A DNA stretch of 63,013 nt, counting the filler, from Collodictyon triciliatum (lineage: Eukaryota): NCBI GenBank assembly GCA_043381765.1. It is 10 parts of 10 records of this genome, joined end to end, with 100 filler letters (N's around TTAATTAATTAA, not from the genome) between each part and the next. Parts side by side here need not be neighbours in the genome. Positions count along the whole stretch, not along the records: positions 1 to 5,113 come from JBHJMP010004640.1; positions 5,214 to 15,182 come from JBHJMP010004642.1; 8 more parts are not named here. One strand, 5' to 3'. Each line of letters begins with the position of its first letter. Position 1 is the stretch's first letter. Position numbers and translations under genes: made by a program. The notes below the pieces were generated by a model. It did not search any database. It was not told the DNA's origin and worked only from the letters and a program-made list of their open reading frames with translations. Below are positions 1-12,602 of this stretch, piece after piece.

Positions 1-1
1 T

Positions 2-93
<92 letters not shown>
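1..93. repeat. (TTTC)n microsatellite, intronic
   Basis: Direct reading. Confidence 0.95.
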
Positions 94-176
94 TGTTTAA
101 AAGAATGGACAACTGGGCCATTGTAGAAGATTGATCTCAATAACCATGTATAATCAAATATATTATTTATAATCAG

Positions 177-3100
177 GAAATCAGACGCACTTGCTTTGCT
201 CAACCAATCCGTAAAGATTTCTATTGATGGTCTCGGAGAAAATCACCCAGATGTTATTTCTACTTATGGACTGATAGGAAATATCAACCATGACTTGAAA
301 CAGTACGTATCTAATTCTAGAGCAATATATAAGCATTAAAATATGGTGAATATTGCGCAAAACTTTGGTCAAGATTGAACTTTGTATATTTTTCTTTAGG
401 TACAAAGCAGCACTTGATGCATTCAAACAGGCTTTAGATATTCAAAAGAAACTATTGGGGAATGAACATTTAGAGTGTGCAACTTCGTTGGAAAATGTCG
501 GGCGTGCTCACTTTGAGCTAAACGAGTAATCATATTATTAACTTTACCACTTACATCCAACTTGTAAATATCGTAGCTAGGATTTCATACATCTATTTTT
601 AAGAGGAAAAACCTAAATAAAAAACTATAGGAAAGACAGCGCGTTTGATTACATTAAAGAAGCAGCAAAAATCAGAAGAGAAACAAAAACCTTTATGAGC
701 ATTAAGGAAACTAACCTTATTGAGTCTATGATTAAATTTTGTGTTGATAAGGAAGAGACTGAAGCAGCAGTTCAACTATACAAAACTTTGATTATCAGGT
801 ACGCAGAAAAAACGTCGTACGATGATTGGAACTCATGGATCGCTGGTGATGATCTCAATATTTATTTTAAGAAAAAGAATCTTCATGAATCCGCCATTGA
901 AATCTGGACCGAAATGAGGGACAGATTCACTAAAAAACTAGGATGGGTTCATGACAGGACACTCAATGCCTGTGAATATATTTCGATGAACCATGAAATG
1001 ATAGGCATCTCCAAAGAACCGATCAAGTTCACCAGAGTTCGCTCTTTTATTGCAGAAAACTTACCGTCTGTAAATCCATCAACAAAGTTGAAAAGAAATC
1101 AAATAATAGTATATCTGTTTGAAATACTTCTCCTCTCCAGAACTAACAAGGATAAGTCTGTGGCAGCATCGAATGCAATTACGCTCTTAAACTTTATGAA
1201 TGTTTCCTTTGCCGGCATGGACTTATCAAGAGTAAGCATCCCGTTTGCTAACTTGACAAATTCTATCATTGATAGTGCAGACCTCACTGGGGCATGCCTT
1301 GAGGGCGTGACCTTTTGTAACTCAACTCTTGGAAGTTGTACATTGAAGGAGTCTGATATGAAAAACGTAAGGTTTGGATTCCCATTCAAGGAGCTACTCC
1401 ACCCTAACCCAGTAATCAATGCAATATGTGCGCTTGATGGACCAAACGGGGAATTTTGGATTGCATCCGGCTGCCGAGATAATGCGATAAGGATATGGGA
1501 TTTAGTAACAGGCATCCAAGTATGTTTATTTGAGGGACATACATCTCCTGTCACGTGTCTTTGTGCATTCAACTCTGGGAATGGAGAAGTGTTGTTGTGC
1601 TCAGGGAGCGAAGACAAGACGCTCAGGATTTGGGATGTAAAATCGAACAAGTGTGTGTCTATCATCGAAGGACATTCTAGATACATTCGCTGTGTTTGTT
1701 ATCTGGATGGGTTCAATGGAAATTCATATCTGGCTTCAGGAGGGCAAGATAACGTTATTCGAATATGGGATATTAGTACAGGAAGCCAAGTTAAAGTTCT
1801 TAGAGGACACAGTGGCTCCGTGTGGAGTATATGTTCTGTGCGAACTTCCAACGGAGAATATGCGTTGGCCTCTGGGAGTGAAGATAGCACCATACGCCTT
1901 TGGGATGTCAAGACAGGGACACAGACCAAAACTCTGGAGGGACATACAAAGTGCGTTTATGTCGTTTTAGAGACTCTTGGTCCCAACGGTGAATCCTGGG
2001 TGGCGTCTGGAGGGGATGATAATATGATTATTATTTGGGACGCCGAGACTGGGGACCAAGTGAAAACATTTGATGGCCACAAAAAAGCTGTAACAAGCAT
2101 GTGTAACATCAAAGGACCCAGTGGGGAAAGATGGATAGCTTCGGGTAGCGATGACAAAATCATCAGAATATGGGACCTTCTGACTAATCGACAGCTTAAG
2201 TCGATGGAGGGAAACACTCAGACAGTAAATTGTATTTGCAACATCAGAGGACCAGAAGGTGGGAACTTCTTTGTGTCAGGCGGCAATGATGACAAAGTTC
2301 GAGTTTGGGACTTAACAAATGAATCTCCACTGTATAGACACCACAACACTGAGACAAATTACACGTCCGGTAAGGATATTCTTGCCTTAGAAAACGGAAA
2401 TGATCATGGAAACATGGTCAGGGTAAACAGTACCGACTTTCATCCCTCAAACATCGATGATACTATAAGTCCTCGAAAACACAAGTTTATTAGCAGCTCG
2501 CGCAAGCTGATTGGAGGGGATATATACGCCAAAAGCGTTAAAAGCGTCAGTCTCATCAATAAACAGATTCTTCTCTCGATAGGCGCTGCAACTTTCGATA
2601 GCGACTTTATTAGGTACTGCGAAAATCACACTTACACGAAATTTCAACAAAGAATGATGGTTCTGTGCTATGAGCATGGATGGGGAGTCGAAAGGGATCT
2701 GTCAAAGGCTCACTTTTGGGAAGTCATTGTCCCGCTAAGAGACTCTAAAGACTTTAACAAGCTAAAACTCCTTGCCCGAGATGGATACAAGGACGCTTTC
2801 AGAACCCTTGAGACCTTGATGATTGGGAACGAGACTTACTCTAAATCATCACCGAAGCCCAAGACAAGATTCAATCACCCAGATGCTCTTCAGGCAGTAT
2901 CCCAATGCTACGAGCATGGATGGGGTGTTCAAATGGATACAAAAAAATCTGCAGAATTATACGGAATGGTAGAAAATTTCGATGCACTGACAGAATCAGC
3001 CAGTAAAGGATCGAAAGACTCTTTTAACATGTTAATGGTCTTATCAGAGGTTAGAACAATCGGCAACGGCCCAAGAATCGGTCAGTATGCTTCTGAAAGG

Positions 3101-5002
3101 TTTCAGTATCCGAACGCTGTTGCCAAATTAGCTGAATGTTATGAGAATGGCTGGGGAGTTGAGTCTGACCTCATAAAGTCCTGCGAGCTTTATCTGAAAG
3201 CAGAAAAATATGATGAAATACGCAGACTTTGTCAAAAAGGACACAAATCCATTTACGAATACTTGGTAGAGGTGAAGGAACAAAAGGAGTACGGAAAATA
3301 TAAATACCCTCAAGTTTTTAACATATTGGGTGAATGCTATGAGAAAGGATGGTCTGCCGAGAAGGACATTAAAAAGGCAACAAAAATGTTTAGTCGCTCC
3401 GAAAATCTGGATGAACTCAAAAGATTAAGCCAAGAAGGCTCTAGAGATGCTGTTCTGACGCTGAAGGAGATGGCTGAGATGAAGGACCATGGGAAGTCTG
3501 TACACCCAAAAGCCAACACATTTGTAGGCGAATGCTACGAAAGCGGGTCTGGCGTTGACCTTAATACAAAAAAGGCCTGTGAGTGGTTTTTCAAAGGAGA
3601 AGACTTTGAAGGCTTGAAAAGACTGGCCAAACAAGGTTCAAAAGATGCTGTTCATATGTTGAAGGAATCGTCAGAAATCAAGGACCATGGGGTTCCTGTA
3701 CATACCCAGGTATTTTCCATGATTGCAGAGTGTTACGAGAACGGTTGGGGAACCGAAAAGAGCCTAAAGAAAGCCTGTGATTGGTACAGCAAAGGGCTCA
3801 AGTTCCAGGAGTTAAAGAGAATAGCCAAACAAGGATCGGGTGATGCTTTCCATTTGTTGAAGGAAATGTCCGAAATGAAAGACCATGGCGCTCCTTTATA
3901 CCCACAAGTGTATCCTATTATTGCTGAATGTTACGAAAATGGATGGGGCACTGAGAAGAACGTAGAGGACTCCATTAAATGGTATGTTAGGTCTGAAAGT
4001 TATGATGAGTTAAAGAGGATGGCCAAGCAAGGCTCCAGGCAAGCATTCAAATCTTTGAGGGAACTTGCCGATACTTACGGGACTGGAGAATCAGGCACCG
4101 TTCGGTTGGTTTTGAAAGCTAGAGACAAGATGAAGCACAGCAACCTCCTCTCTATTATCGGAGAGTGTCTGGAGAATGGATTTGGAACTGATAGAAACAT
4201 AGTTGAATCCATACCTTGGTACAAAAGGGCAGAGAATATTGATAGTTTGAAAAGACTGGCCCAAAGGAACTTGAAAGAGGCCTTCCTGCAGTTGTTGGAG
4301 TTATCCGAGGTTGTCGAGCATGGAGCCCTACGTTCACCGCAGGCCTCTTGTGCTGTTGCTGAGTGTTTTGAGCACGGCTGGGGTGTTGATGTTGACTCTA
4401 CCAAAGCCACAAACACCCTCGGTAATGCAGTGATGAGCAACTATAAACCAGCCTACGAGTTGTTGGAAAAGATGGGTACCCAAGGTAATTCTTTGGCGCA
4501 AGCTTGGATTGCTCTGTGTTTCCATAAGGGTTACTGTATTGCTCAAGATTACAAAAGAGCTCATGAATGGTATCGCAAGGCCTTTGAGGGAGGAGTAGCG
4601 TCAGCAGCGAGGAATCTCGGTAATTTATACATGGAAGGGAGTGGTGTCCAAAGAGACCCTTATCAGGGTTTTATTTGGTTTCTAAAAGCATTCCGCTTGG
4701 ATGAAAAGTTTGGAGCAAAGAACATTAGAGACAATTTTGAAACGTTCAGGTCGGTAAACATGACAAAGTCTGAAAGTATTTACCTGAATGCATTTTGTGC
4801 AAAGAACGTTAACGCCAGGAAGTTTTTAATCGATGAGGCTAAATCAGGGAACGTAGAAGTCTTGAATATTCTCGAGTCACTCTACGAAAGGTCTGTCAAG
4901 GTCGTGGCGTCAATCGTTTCAGAATGCTATGAAAATGGATGGAGTGTTGAAGTGGATTTGAAGAAAGCGACTGAATGGAGAGCCAAATCGAGCCATAACT
5001 AA
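177..5002 (+). CDS. 5'-partial multidomain repeat protein: TPR exons (177-302, 400-525) then one exon 631-5002 encoding pentapeptide repeats, ~7 WD40 repeats and multiple SEL1-like repeats
   Basis: Two GT-AG bounded 126-nt exons encode TPR repeats (LGENHPDVISTY, LGNEHLECATSL) and splice in frame into the 1435-aa ORF. That ORF has AASNAITLL..ANLTNS..ADLTGA pentapeptides, GH..WD repeats and CYEnGWG SEL1-like repeats. Confidence 0.9.
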
Positions 5003-5113
5003 AGGATTCTTCACCAAGGAACAGCTTTTTTAAAAAAAAACAAAAAACAAACAAAAAACAAACAAAAAACAAACAAAAAACAAACAAAAAACAAACAAAA
5101 AACAAACAAAAAA

Positions 5114-5213
5114 NNNNNNNNNNNNNNNNNNNNNNNNNNNNNNNNNNNNNNNNNNNNTTAATTAATTAANNNNNNNNNNNNNNNNNNNNNNNNNNNNNNN
5201 NNNNNNNNNNNNN
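5114..5213. other. Artificial contig spacer (N-run, TTAATTAATTAA, N-run); also at ~15183-15282, 21500-21599, 27802-27901, 34102-34201, 40399-40498, 46696-46795, 52994-53093, 59289-59388
   Basis: Identical stop-codon linker embedded in Ns nine times; intervening contigs mostly ~6.2 kb, consistent with size-sorted concatenation. Confidence 0.97.
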
Positions 5214-5875
5214 TTATTGTTTTTATTGTTTTTATTGTTTTTATTGTTTTTATTGTTTTTATTGTTTTTATTGTTTTTATTGTTTTTATTGTTTTTATTG
5301 TTTTTATTGTTTTTATTGTTTTTATTGTTTTTATTGTTTTTATTGTTTTTTTTGTTTTTATTGTTTTTATTGTTTTTATTGTTTTTATTGTTTTTATTGT
5401 TTTTATTGTTTTTATTGTTTTTATTGTTTTTATTGTTTTTATTGTTTTTATTGTTTTTATTGTTTTTATTGTTTTTTTTGTTTTTATTGTTTTTATTGTT
5501 TTTATTGTTTTTATTGTTTTTATTGTTTTTATTGTTTTTATTGTTTTTATTGTTTTTATTGTTTTTATTGTTTTTATTGTTTTTATTGTTTTTATTGTTT
5601 TATTGTTTTATTGTTTTATTGTTTTATTGTTTTATTGTTTTATTGTTTTATTGTTTTATTGTTTTATTGTTTTATTGTTTTATTGTTTTATTGTTTTGAT
5701 TTTTTGTTTTGTTTTGTTTTGTTTTGTTTTGTTTTGATTTGATTTGATTTGATTTGTTTTGATTTGATTTGTTTTGATTTGATTTGTTTTGATTTGTTTT
5801 GATTTGTTTTGATTTGATTTGTTTTGATTTGATTTGTTTTGATTTGTTTTGATTTGTTTTGATTTGTTTTGATTT
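5214..5875. repeat. Compound (TTGTTTTTA)n/(TTTTG)n/(TTTGA)n simple repeat
   Basis: Direct reading. Confidence 0.95.
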
Positions 5876-5915
5876 TTCCCCGAACATAGAACCAGACTGT
5901 TTGCTCCCCTTGCAG

Positions 5916-6249
5916 AGAAGTCTCAGGAAGTGGATACGGTGCGTCTTTCTGCTGTCCATGTGCTGATGGGCTCTTTGGAAGTGTCGTGGACCCGCAATCA
6001 TGCTCCCGAGAGGATGGTTCATTTCGCCGAGATGAGGCCCATCAGATGTTCATCGCGCACATTCTGCGGCGTGATTTGTCTGAATCACAACCCGATGACG
6101 AAGACTCAGTGTCGAATGATGTATATGCCTGCGCTATCGGTGTTCCAAGTTCTCTCGAAAAGCTCAACCAAGACTGTACAGGCTTTGAGGACTCATGTGT
6201 TCCCTGTCCAAGAGGTGAAAACTTGCAAAAAAACATCTTTTATTATTAC

Positions 6250-6343
<94 letters not shown>

Positions 6344-6386
6344 TACTTCTTTACTTCTTTACTTATTTACTTATTTACTTATTTAC

Positions 6387-6417
<31 letters not shown>

Positions 6418-7411
6418 TTCATTTAAATTTATAATAATAATAATTGAGCAACTTATCTTTCGTACATTTTCCACCTGAGCTTTTTCTTTTCACTGCTTTG
6501 CTTTGAATATTTTTCATAAGTAGGTATAAACATGGCATTCAATTTTTCTCTCGATGGAATATTTATTTTTCCCTCCTTTATTATTTTTTATTTCGGGAAG
6601 ATTGTTTTAACTTCCTATCTGATTTTATATTACTCCGCAACGTGGACTCAGGCACATACAGGTCAAGGTCGGACAAGTTCTGTCAGACATGTGGGGTAGG
6701 CAAATACAGTGAAGTTGTTGGCTCGTCGTCGCCATCAAATTGCTTAGACTGCCCTGAAGGAAAATATTGTCCGTTTTCTGCCACGTCTGCTCCCATAGAG
6801 TGCCCTGAAAACTATCGATGCTCTTCAAAGTCAGAGTCTCCCGAAGTCTGCTCTGCTCTCGATGATTCACAACCAGGAGAAAAGGTTTGGCCTCCTTTTT
6901 ATTCAGCCTTACGTCATTTTATGAAAACTGTCCATGGTTGATATATGTTCGGAATATCCCGTATATTTTCCAATCCCAGCATGATTTTTTTTTCCCTTTA
7001 TTCGATTCAAAGCAATCCCAACATGATAACAATATTCAAAAAAAAAAATCTTATTTATCGCCAACAAGTCAAACAATTAAGTGTGCTAATGTGTCCGATG
7101 GATACCTCTATTGCAAATGAAAGTTTATATTTCTCCATGTCGTTTATGAATTATGATTCTCTTTTCCATGAGCCATTCCTCTTACTCTTCTGATGAACCC
7201 CATTTTTTATTTTATTTATTTTTGTTCTTCTCTCAATAATTCCTAGGATTGCGAGAACACCCCAGCCTTTGTCTTGTTAATCCTAGGAATTATCTTTTCC
7301 ATCGCAGTGTACATCGGTCTCATATTCCTTTTTTGGAGACAATACAGAAAGAAACTCTCTGAGGAACGATTGTCTGCTCATAGCGGCCCACAGATTTACT
7401 CCGGACTGTAA
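5916..7411 (+). CDS. 5'-partial Cys-rich (TNFR/ephrin-receptor-like CxxCPxGxY repeats) single-pass membrane protein; exons 5916-6214, 6652-6884, 7247-7411
   Basis: Phase-compatible GT-AG exons: CVPCPRGTY, CQTCGVGKY, CLDCPEGKYC, then a hydrophobic TM (FVLLILGIIFSIAVYIGLIFLFW) and a tail ending YSGL*. Confidence 0.8.
6986..7012 (+). mobile_element. Micro-retroposon copy 1, reading T8-CCCTTTATTCGATTCAAAG on + (poly(A) end on the minus strand), 15-bp TSD
   Basis: Flanked by caatcccagcatgat (6971-6985) and caatcccaacatgat (7013-7027). Confidence 0.75.
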
Positions 7412-7839
7412 TTCACCTTTCTTTGCTTTGATTTCATTTCTCCTTTTCAAGATAAAATTATGGCGAGGACAAAAAGAAAAGGGATGGAAACCTCATGTTC
7501 GATTATTCAATAATAAACTGGCGCTGGGAACGAATGGCTATGAAATCGCTTTTATTCATTCCGCCATTATTTTCTCTTTTCTTCCTCTAAAGAATCTAAT
7601 AAGAGAAAATAGTAATGCCTTTGAACGAGAATGCCTTTTCTGTTTGTTTTTGTTTTTATCGTATGTAAGCAAAATGTATTACAAATGTTTTTTTTTATAC
7701 CCTTCATTTACGTTGGTCGTCACCAGCAAAATGAACGCGAGAAACATTAGCTCCACGGAGGCGAATGGGAAGATATCTTTTATGGCTGAATTGGAATATG
7801 AAATGTTTATTCTCAGAGGCAAAATAATCGCTACAAAAC

Positions 7840-10800
7840 CTAGCGTCTGTCTTTGGGAAACAAAAACATCGCGAGCGCGCTCATAATAATACCAAAATTG
7901 AAAACAAGAACAAGGAGTCCCGTCCCTATCATATCGTCCAGTGGGCCACCGAACCGATACTTTATCATCCTGTTTCTCTTCAAGTAGATGTAGTATGAGT
8001 ATATGCTGAATATTGCACCAACAGATAGCAGAATTATGGAGCCGATTTTCATTCCTGTCGAGTTGTTCATCCTATTGGTTTCTGAAGTCAGCCGATAAAT
8101 TCAAGGCGATTTTTTTTTTCATCTTTGATTGAGGCGTAAATATATTATGAAAATAAGTGGGAAAAAAAAAGTGAAGGCTATGATGCAATTGTTTCTCGTG
8201 TGCCTTTTAAAATTAATGATAGAGTTAAAAAAAATTGATAAATCGATTGTTCGTTGAACATCGCCTTAGTAGCGTTTATAAAAACAAAAACATAACAATC
8301 ACAATGATAAAATGGTACCCAAATAATCCCAGGGAAAATAAACAGATTGTGAGGGAAAACTTAATCCACGCTATAAAAGTCCTTTCGTTTGAGAAATATG
8401 TATTTGGGCTTATCTTCATCGGATAAATAATGGGCTTGTCCATGTTTGGCGTGCCCTAGTTTCCGTTTTTTATTGTATGGTATATATAAGATTAATATTG
8501 ATAAAGCTTGTGTATTTATTGGTTCAAGTAGATGACGTCTGCGTATGCAATAAGAAAAAACTTTTTTTAAAAAAAATAAGACATTCTTAACGAAAGGAAA
8601 CTCGCTTTTTGAGAATTGCAATCATGGGTATCGTGCACTGTTGTCTGCTTCGGCTGCTGAGTCTGCTCGTTCCCGGATGAAATAGGTTGGCTTTTGTCTC
8701 TGGTGTCCGTTTTAATCTCATCGCAGTCACAGGCAACTGTTTCCTCCTTTTGGATGTCTTGTTGGATTTCGACTGAGATGGGCTGTGAGCCATCATCAAC
8801 TGTTTTGGGATTTGGATGACTTCGCAACGCCCGTACTTGAGATGGTGCTTCAGGTGCTGGAAATTGGGTCGATCCAGTTTCTCTTTGCGGCTGAAGGCTT
8901 CTTGGCGAGTTTTGGAGAGGTGTTGATGACGTGCTTGATTGAAGCCAATGGGGGACAGACGGGACGATGGTGGGAAGCAAAACAGCACATCCGTGAATAT
9001 ACTTGGAGAACTTTGGGACTTCGGTGATTAGCCCGCTTGCAATGAGTTCCTGAATCCATCGAGGAGATTCGTCTCTATATTACAGACATAAGGTAAGTCA
9101 TAAAATACAAACTTTTATTACCCATAGTCTTTCCTTTTCTTGAAAAACAAAGACAAAGACAAAGACAAAGACAAAGACAAAGACAAAGACAAAGACAAAG
9201 ACAAAGACAAAGACAAAGACAAAGACAAAGACAAAGACAAAGACAAAGACAAAGAAAAAGAAAAGACAAAGACAAAAAAGAAGCAACCAATATCCAAAGT
9301 ACAGTATGTATCGATACGAGAGAGACCGATATATTGGTTTGGTTAGAATGAGGGAATTAGATTTATCTTGACTGCATTGTTTTATACATGTAAACACTGG
9401 ATAGATTCGATAAAGGCTTACCCGATGTTGTGCGTGATTTTGAATTTTAGGACAGCAAAGGGAAACTGAGTGGTGTGACTTTCAGGAATGGCAGCTTTCC
9501 TGGTGTCTCTTTTCCATTCACCAATCTTGCATTTTTCAATCATCATATTTACATTCACGTCCAATGTGACGCGAAGAAACGGGTTCTGGGGATGCTGGAA
9601 AGTTGTCCTCGTGAATGCCGTTCGTATTGTTGGTAGAAGTTTCTTTTCTGCAATTATCTTTTGAATGTCTCTGGCGGTTTCCATCTGCTCGGTGATTAGG
9701 TCCGTCGACACACCAGTTTGTCGAAGTTCCTCTGCCTCCTGATTTGTATCAAATAGGGAGTGGAAAAAATACAAGACTTTCGGCTCTTGCACCACAAGCC
9801 TTTTCTTTATGTTGATGTCTCCCGTCCAATGAGTATGTATCTCTTTCATCTCGAAAACTACCTCTGTTGGCTCCAACACACCTTGCCATCGGATTTTAAG
9901 GACAGGTGCGCCCTGGAAAAAAGGTGGCATGTGATTTCATCGTTATATTTCCACTTTGATAAAGAAAAAAACCCAAACTTGATATTTGAAACTGCAATTA
10001 TAACTAGACTTTAAATAGTATTCATATGTTATGTTATTAGGAGATCCAATACTCGCAATGTGATTTTTCAGGCGATTCGTTGAAGGAAAAGCTACACACT
10101 GGATAAAAGTAAGGGAACCCTTACCTCTGATTTGAAAATCCGCGCAGAATACATGTCCATCGTTCGATTATCAAGGTATATGGAGGAAATCAGCTGCGAA
10201 TCACCGCGAACCTGTTTAATTGGGAGAATAGGGAGCTTCTTGAGAACCATAAACTTGACCTGCGTCACATGGTCCATGCGAACCCAATACTTGGTGGTCT
10301 TGTGGATTGCCTTGTTGCCTGTGAGAGAAGCCAAATCTGACTGGTTGACTGGCTCGTCTAGGCGCAGACGACCTTGGAGCATGCCCAGACACGTAATCAC
10401 ATCGTCGACCTTCTGGTTGAGAAATGGCTGCCTCCAGAGACTGACCATGTATGCCTGGCCGTATTGAACGGTTGAGTGTTTGTCGTGCTTCTTGAGTATT
10501 TTTAGGAATCCAGTGGCATTGATGTTGATGTAGCGCTCCAAAAGGATGATTTCCTGCTCGCAGATTTCAATCTCTGCGTTCATCTCATGGATTTGTTGCC
10601 TTTGCAACTGCCATATTGTCAAAGTGATCAGATTAGGTCTAAAAGCACGTGAGAGGCGAAAAAAATAAAAAGATGTGTGCTTATTTTTAGATATATTTAT
10701 TTATGTGTATGTAATCTATTATTGTCATCATCAATATCATCACCATCATCTAGCGATTAATTCCTTATGAAAAAATTCCTGGGATTATAACAAGGAGATA

Positions 10801-12259
10801 TAATGAATGTGCCAGAAAGAGGGTCCACCGTGGCACATGTATCAAGAGATTATGGACAAGAAAGCTGACCTTGGACTTTGCAATCAACACAAGCTTCTCT
10901 GTTCTTGCTCGGATCTGTGCTGCTTTGTCCTTTGTGAAGGCATTGACTTTGCTGATTTCCCGCTCTACAAGATAGGCAAAGTCCTCCTCCTTTGGCGCAT
11001 GCAAAAGTCCATCGGCGGCCGTCTTCGTGGAGATGGAAACAGCGTCGATGGGCTCTGAGTCGCATACGCAACAGAGGGTTTGTGGGTCAAAAGACTTTAT
11101 GTTATTTTTTCCATTATCTTATGACATCAGCTTCTGCTCTGTTTCTTCTTTTTTCTCTCTTTTTTTCTTTTTTTCTTTCTTTTTTTCTTTCTTTTTTTCT
11201 TTCTTTTTTTCTTTCTTTTTTTCTTTCTTTTTTTCTCTCTTTTTTTCTTTTTTTCTTTCTTTTTTTCTTTCTTTTTTCTTTCTTTTTTCTTTTTTTTTCT
11301 TTCTTTTTTTCTTTCTTTTTTTTCTTTCTTTTTTTTCTTTCTTTTTTTCTTTCTTTTTTTCTTTCTTTTTTTCTTTCTTTTTTCTTTCTTTTTTTCTTTC
11401 TTTTTTTCTTTCTTTTTTCTTTNNNNNNNNNNNNNNNNNNNNNNNNNNNNNNNNNNNNNNNNNNNNNNNNNNNNNNNNNNNNNNNNNNNNNNNNNNNNNN
11501 NNNNNNNNNNNNNNNNNNNNNNNNNNNNNNNNNNNNNNNNNNNNNNNNNNNNNNNNNNNNNNNNNNNNNNNNNNNNNNNNNNNNNNNNNNNNNNNNNNNN
11601 NNNNNNNNNNNNNNNNNNNNNNNNNNNNNNNNNNNNNNNNNNNNNNNNNNNNNNNNNNNNNNNNNNNNNNNNNNNNNNNNNNNNNNNNNNNNNNNNNNNN
11701 NNNNNNNNNNNNNNNNNNNNNNNNNNNNNNNNNNNNNNNNNNNNNNNNNNNNNNNNNNNNNNNNNNNNNNNNNNNNNNNNNNNNNNNNNNNNNNNNNNNN
11801 NNNNNNNNNNNNNNNNNNNNNNNNNNNNNNNNNNNNNNNNNNNNNNNNNNNNNNNNNNNNNNNNNNNNNNNNNNNNNNNNNNNNNNNNNNNNNNNNNNNN
11901 NNNNNNNNNNNNNNNNNNNNNNNNNNNNNNNNNNNNNNNNTTCTTTTCTTTTCTTTTCTTTTCTTTTCTTTTCTTTTCTTTTCTTTTCTTTTCTTTTCTT
12001 TTCTTTTCTTTTCTTTTCTTTTCTTTTCTTTTCTTCTTTTTTTCTTTCTTTTTTTTTCTTTCTTTTTTTTCTTTCTTTTTTTCTTTCTTTTTTTCTTTCT
12101 TTTTTTTCTTTCTTTCTCGTACACGCGGGGCTACGTGTCAGGCAAACCTTGTGCGCAGCCACCCAGGATCTTGAGAATGCGCTTGAGCTGGCTGTAGTCC
12201 AAGTAATGTTCTTTCCACTCGGCATGGACCTGTCCCTCAAGGAACTTGCCAAACTTCAT
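7840..12259 (-). CDS. VTC4-like: Vacuolar transporter chaperone (SPX + VTC/TTM + DUF202 TM) polyphosphate polymerase family subunit, ~7 exons
   Basis: MKFGK..W..HYLDYSQLK (SPX), INATGFLKILKKHDK, TTKYWV, ISSIYLDN, VPKFSKYIHG, YFSNERTFIAW, GPLDD; the 7840-8070 ORF is the last exon. Confidence 0.9.
9147..9255. repeat. (AAAGAC)n intronic microsatellite
   Basis: Direct reading. Confidence 0.95.
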
Positions 12260-12602
12260 CTTCTCTGCCTTGCTCTCTTCTTTTCTCTGCCCCTTTGCTT
12301 ATTCCCACCGCACTTGTCCTCGCCTGCGTTGCGACCCGGTGTTGCTTTGCGTTGAGTACAAGCACAGTATATACAAACATCATTCATAACAAGCGACTCT
12401 GCTTAAGAGGCAAATCCTTTGCGATCTGTGCTCTTCAAAAACCACAGCAGATCACACGTTTGTCCTGCTGTATACACGAGTCCAGCCTTCTTCATAGAGG
12501 GGGAAAAAACTGCTGCGAAGCTCTTCCGGCTGCTCTTCAAAGACATGGCTAACAGAAAAGACTGCGCAGAATCCAGAGTTGTGTGGGTCAGAGCGAGTGT
12601 CG

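Noticed and set aside
5158-5169. Regularly spaced TTAATTAATTAA palindrome as a biological repeat or CRISPR-like array
   Set aside because: It is always embedded in Ns and is an assembly linker.
5217-5699. Low-complexity ORFs (poly-F/L/K/Y/N) here and elsewhere, and ORFs running through N gaps
   Set aside because: They are translations of microsatellites or gaps.
7840-8070. Stand-alone small membrane protein (VTC1-like)
   Set aside because: It splices in phase to the upstream NERTF exon and is the last exon of the VTC gene.
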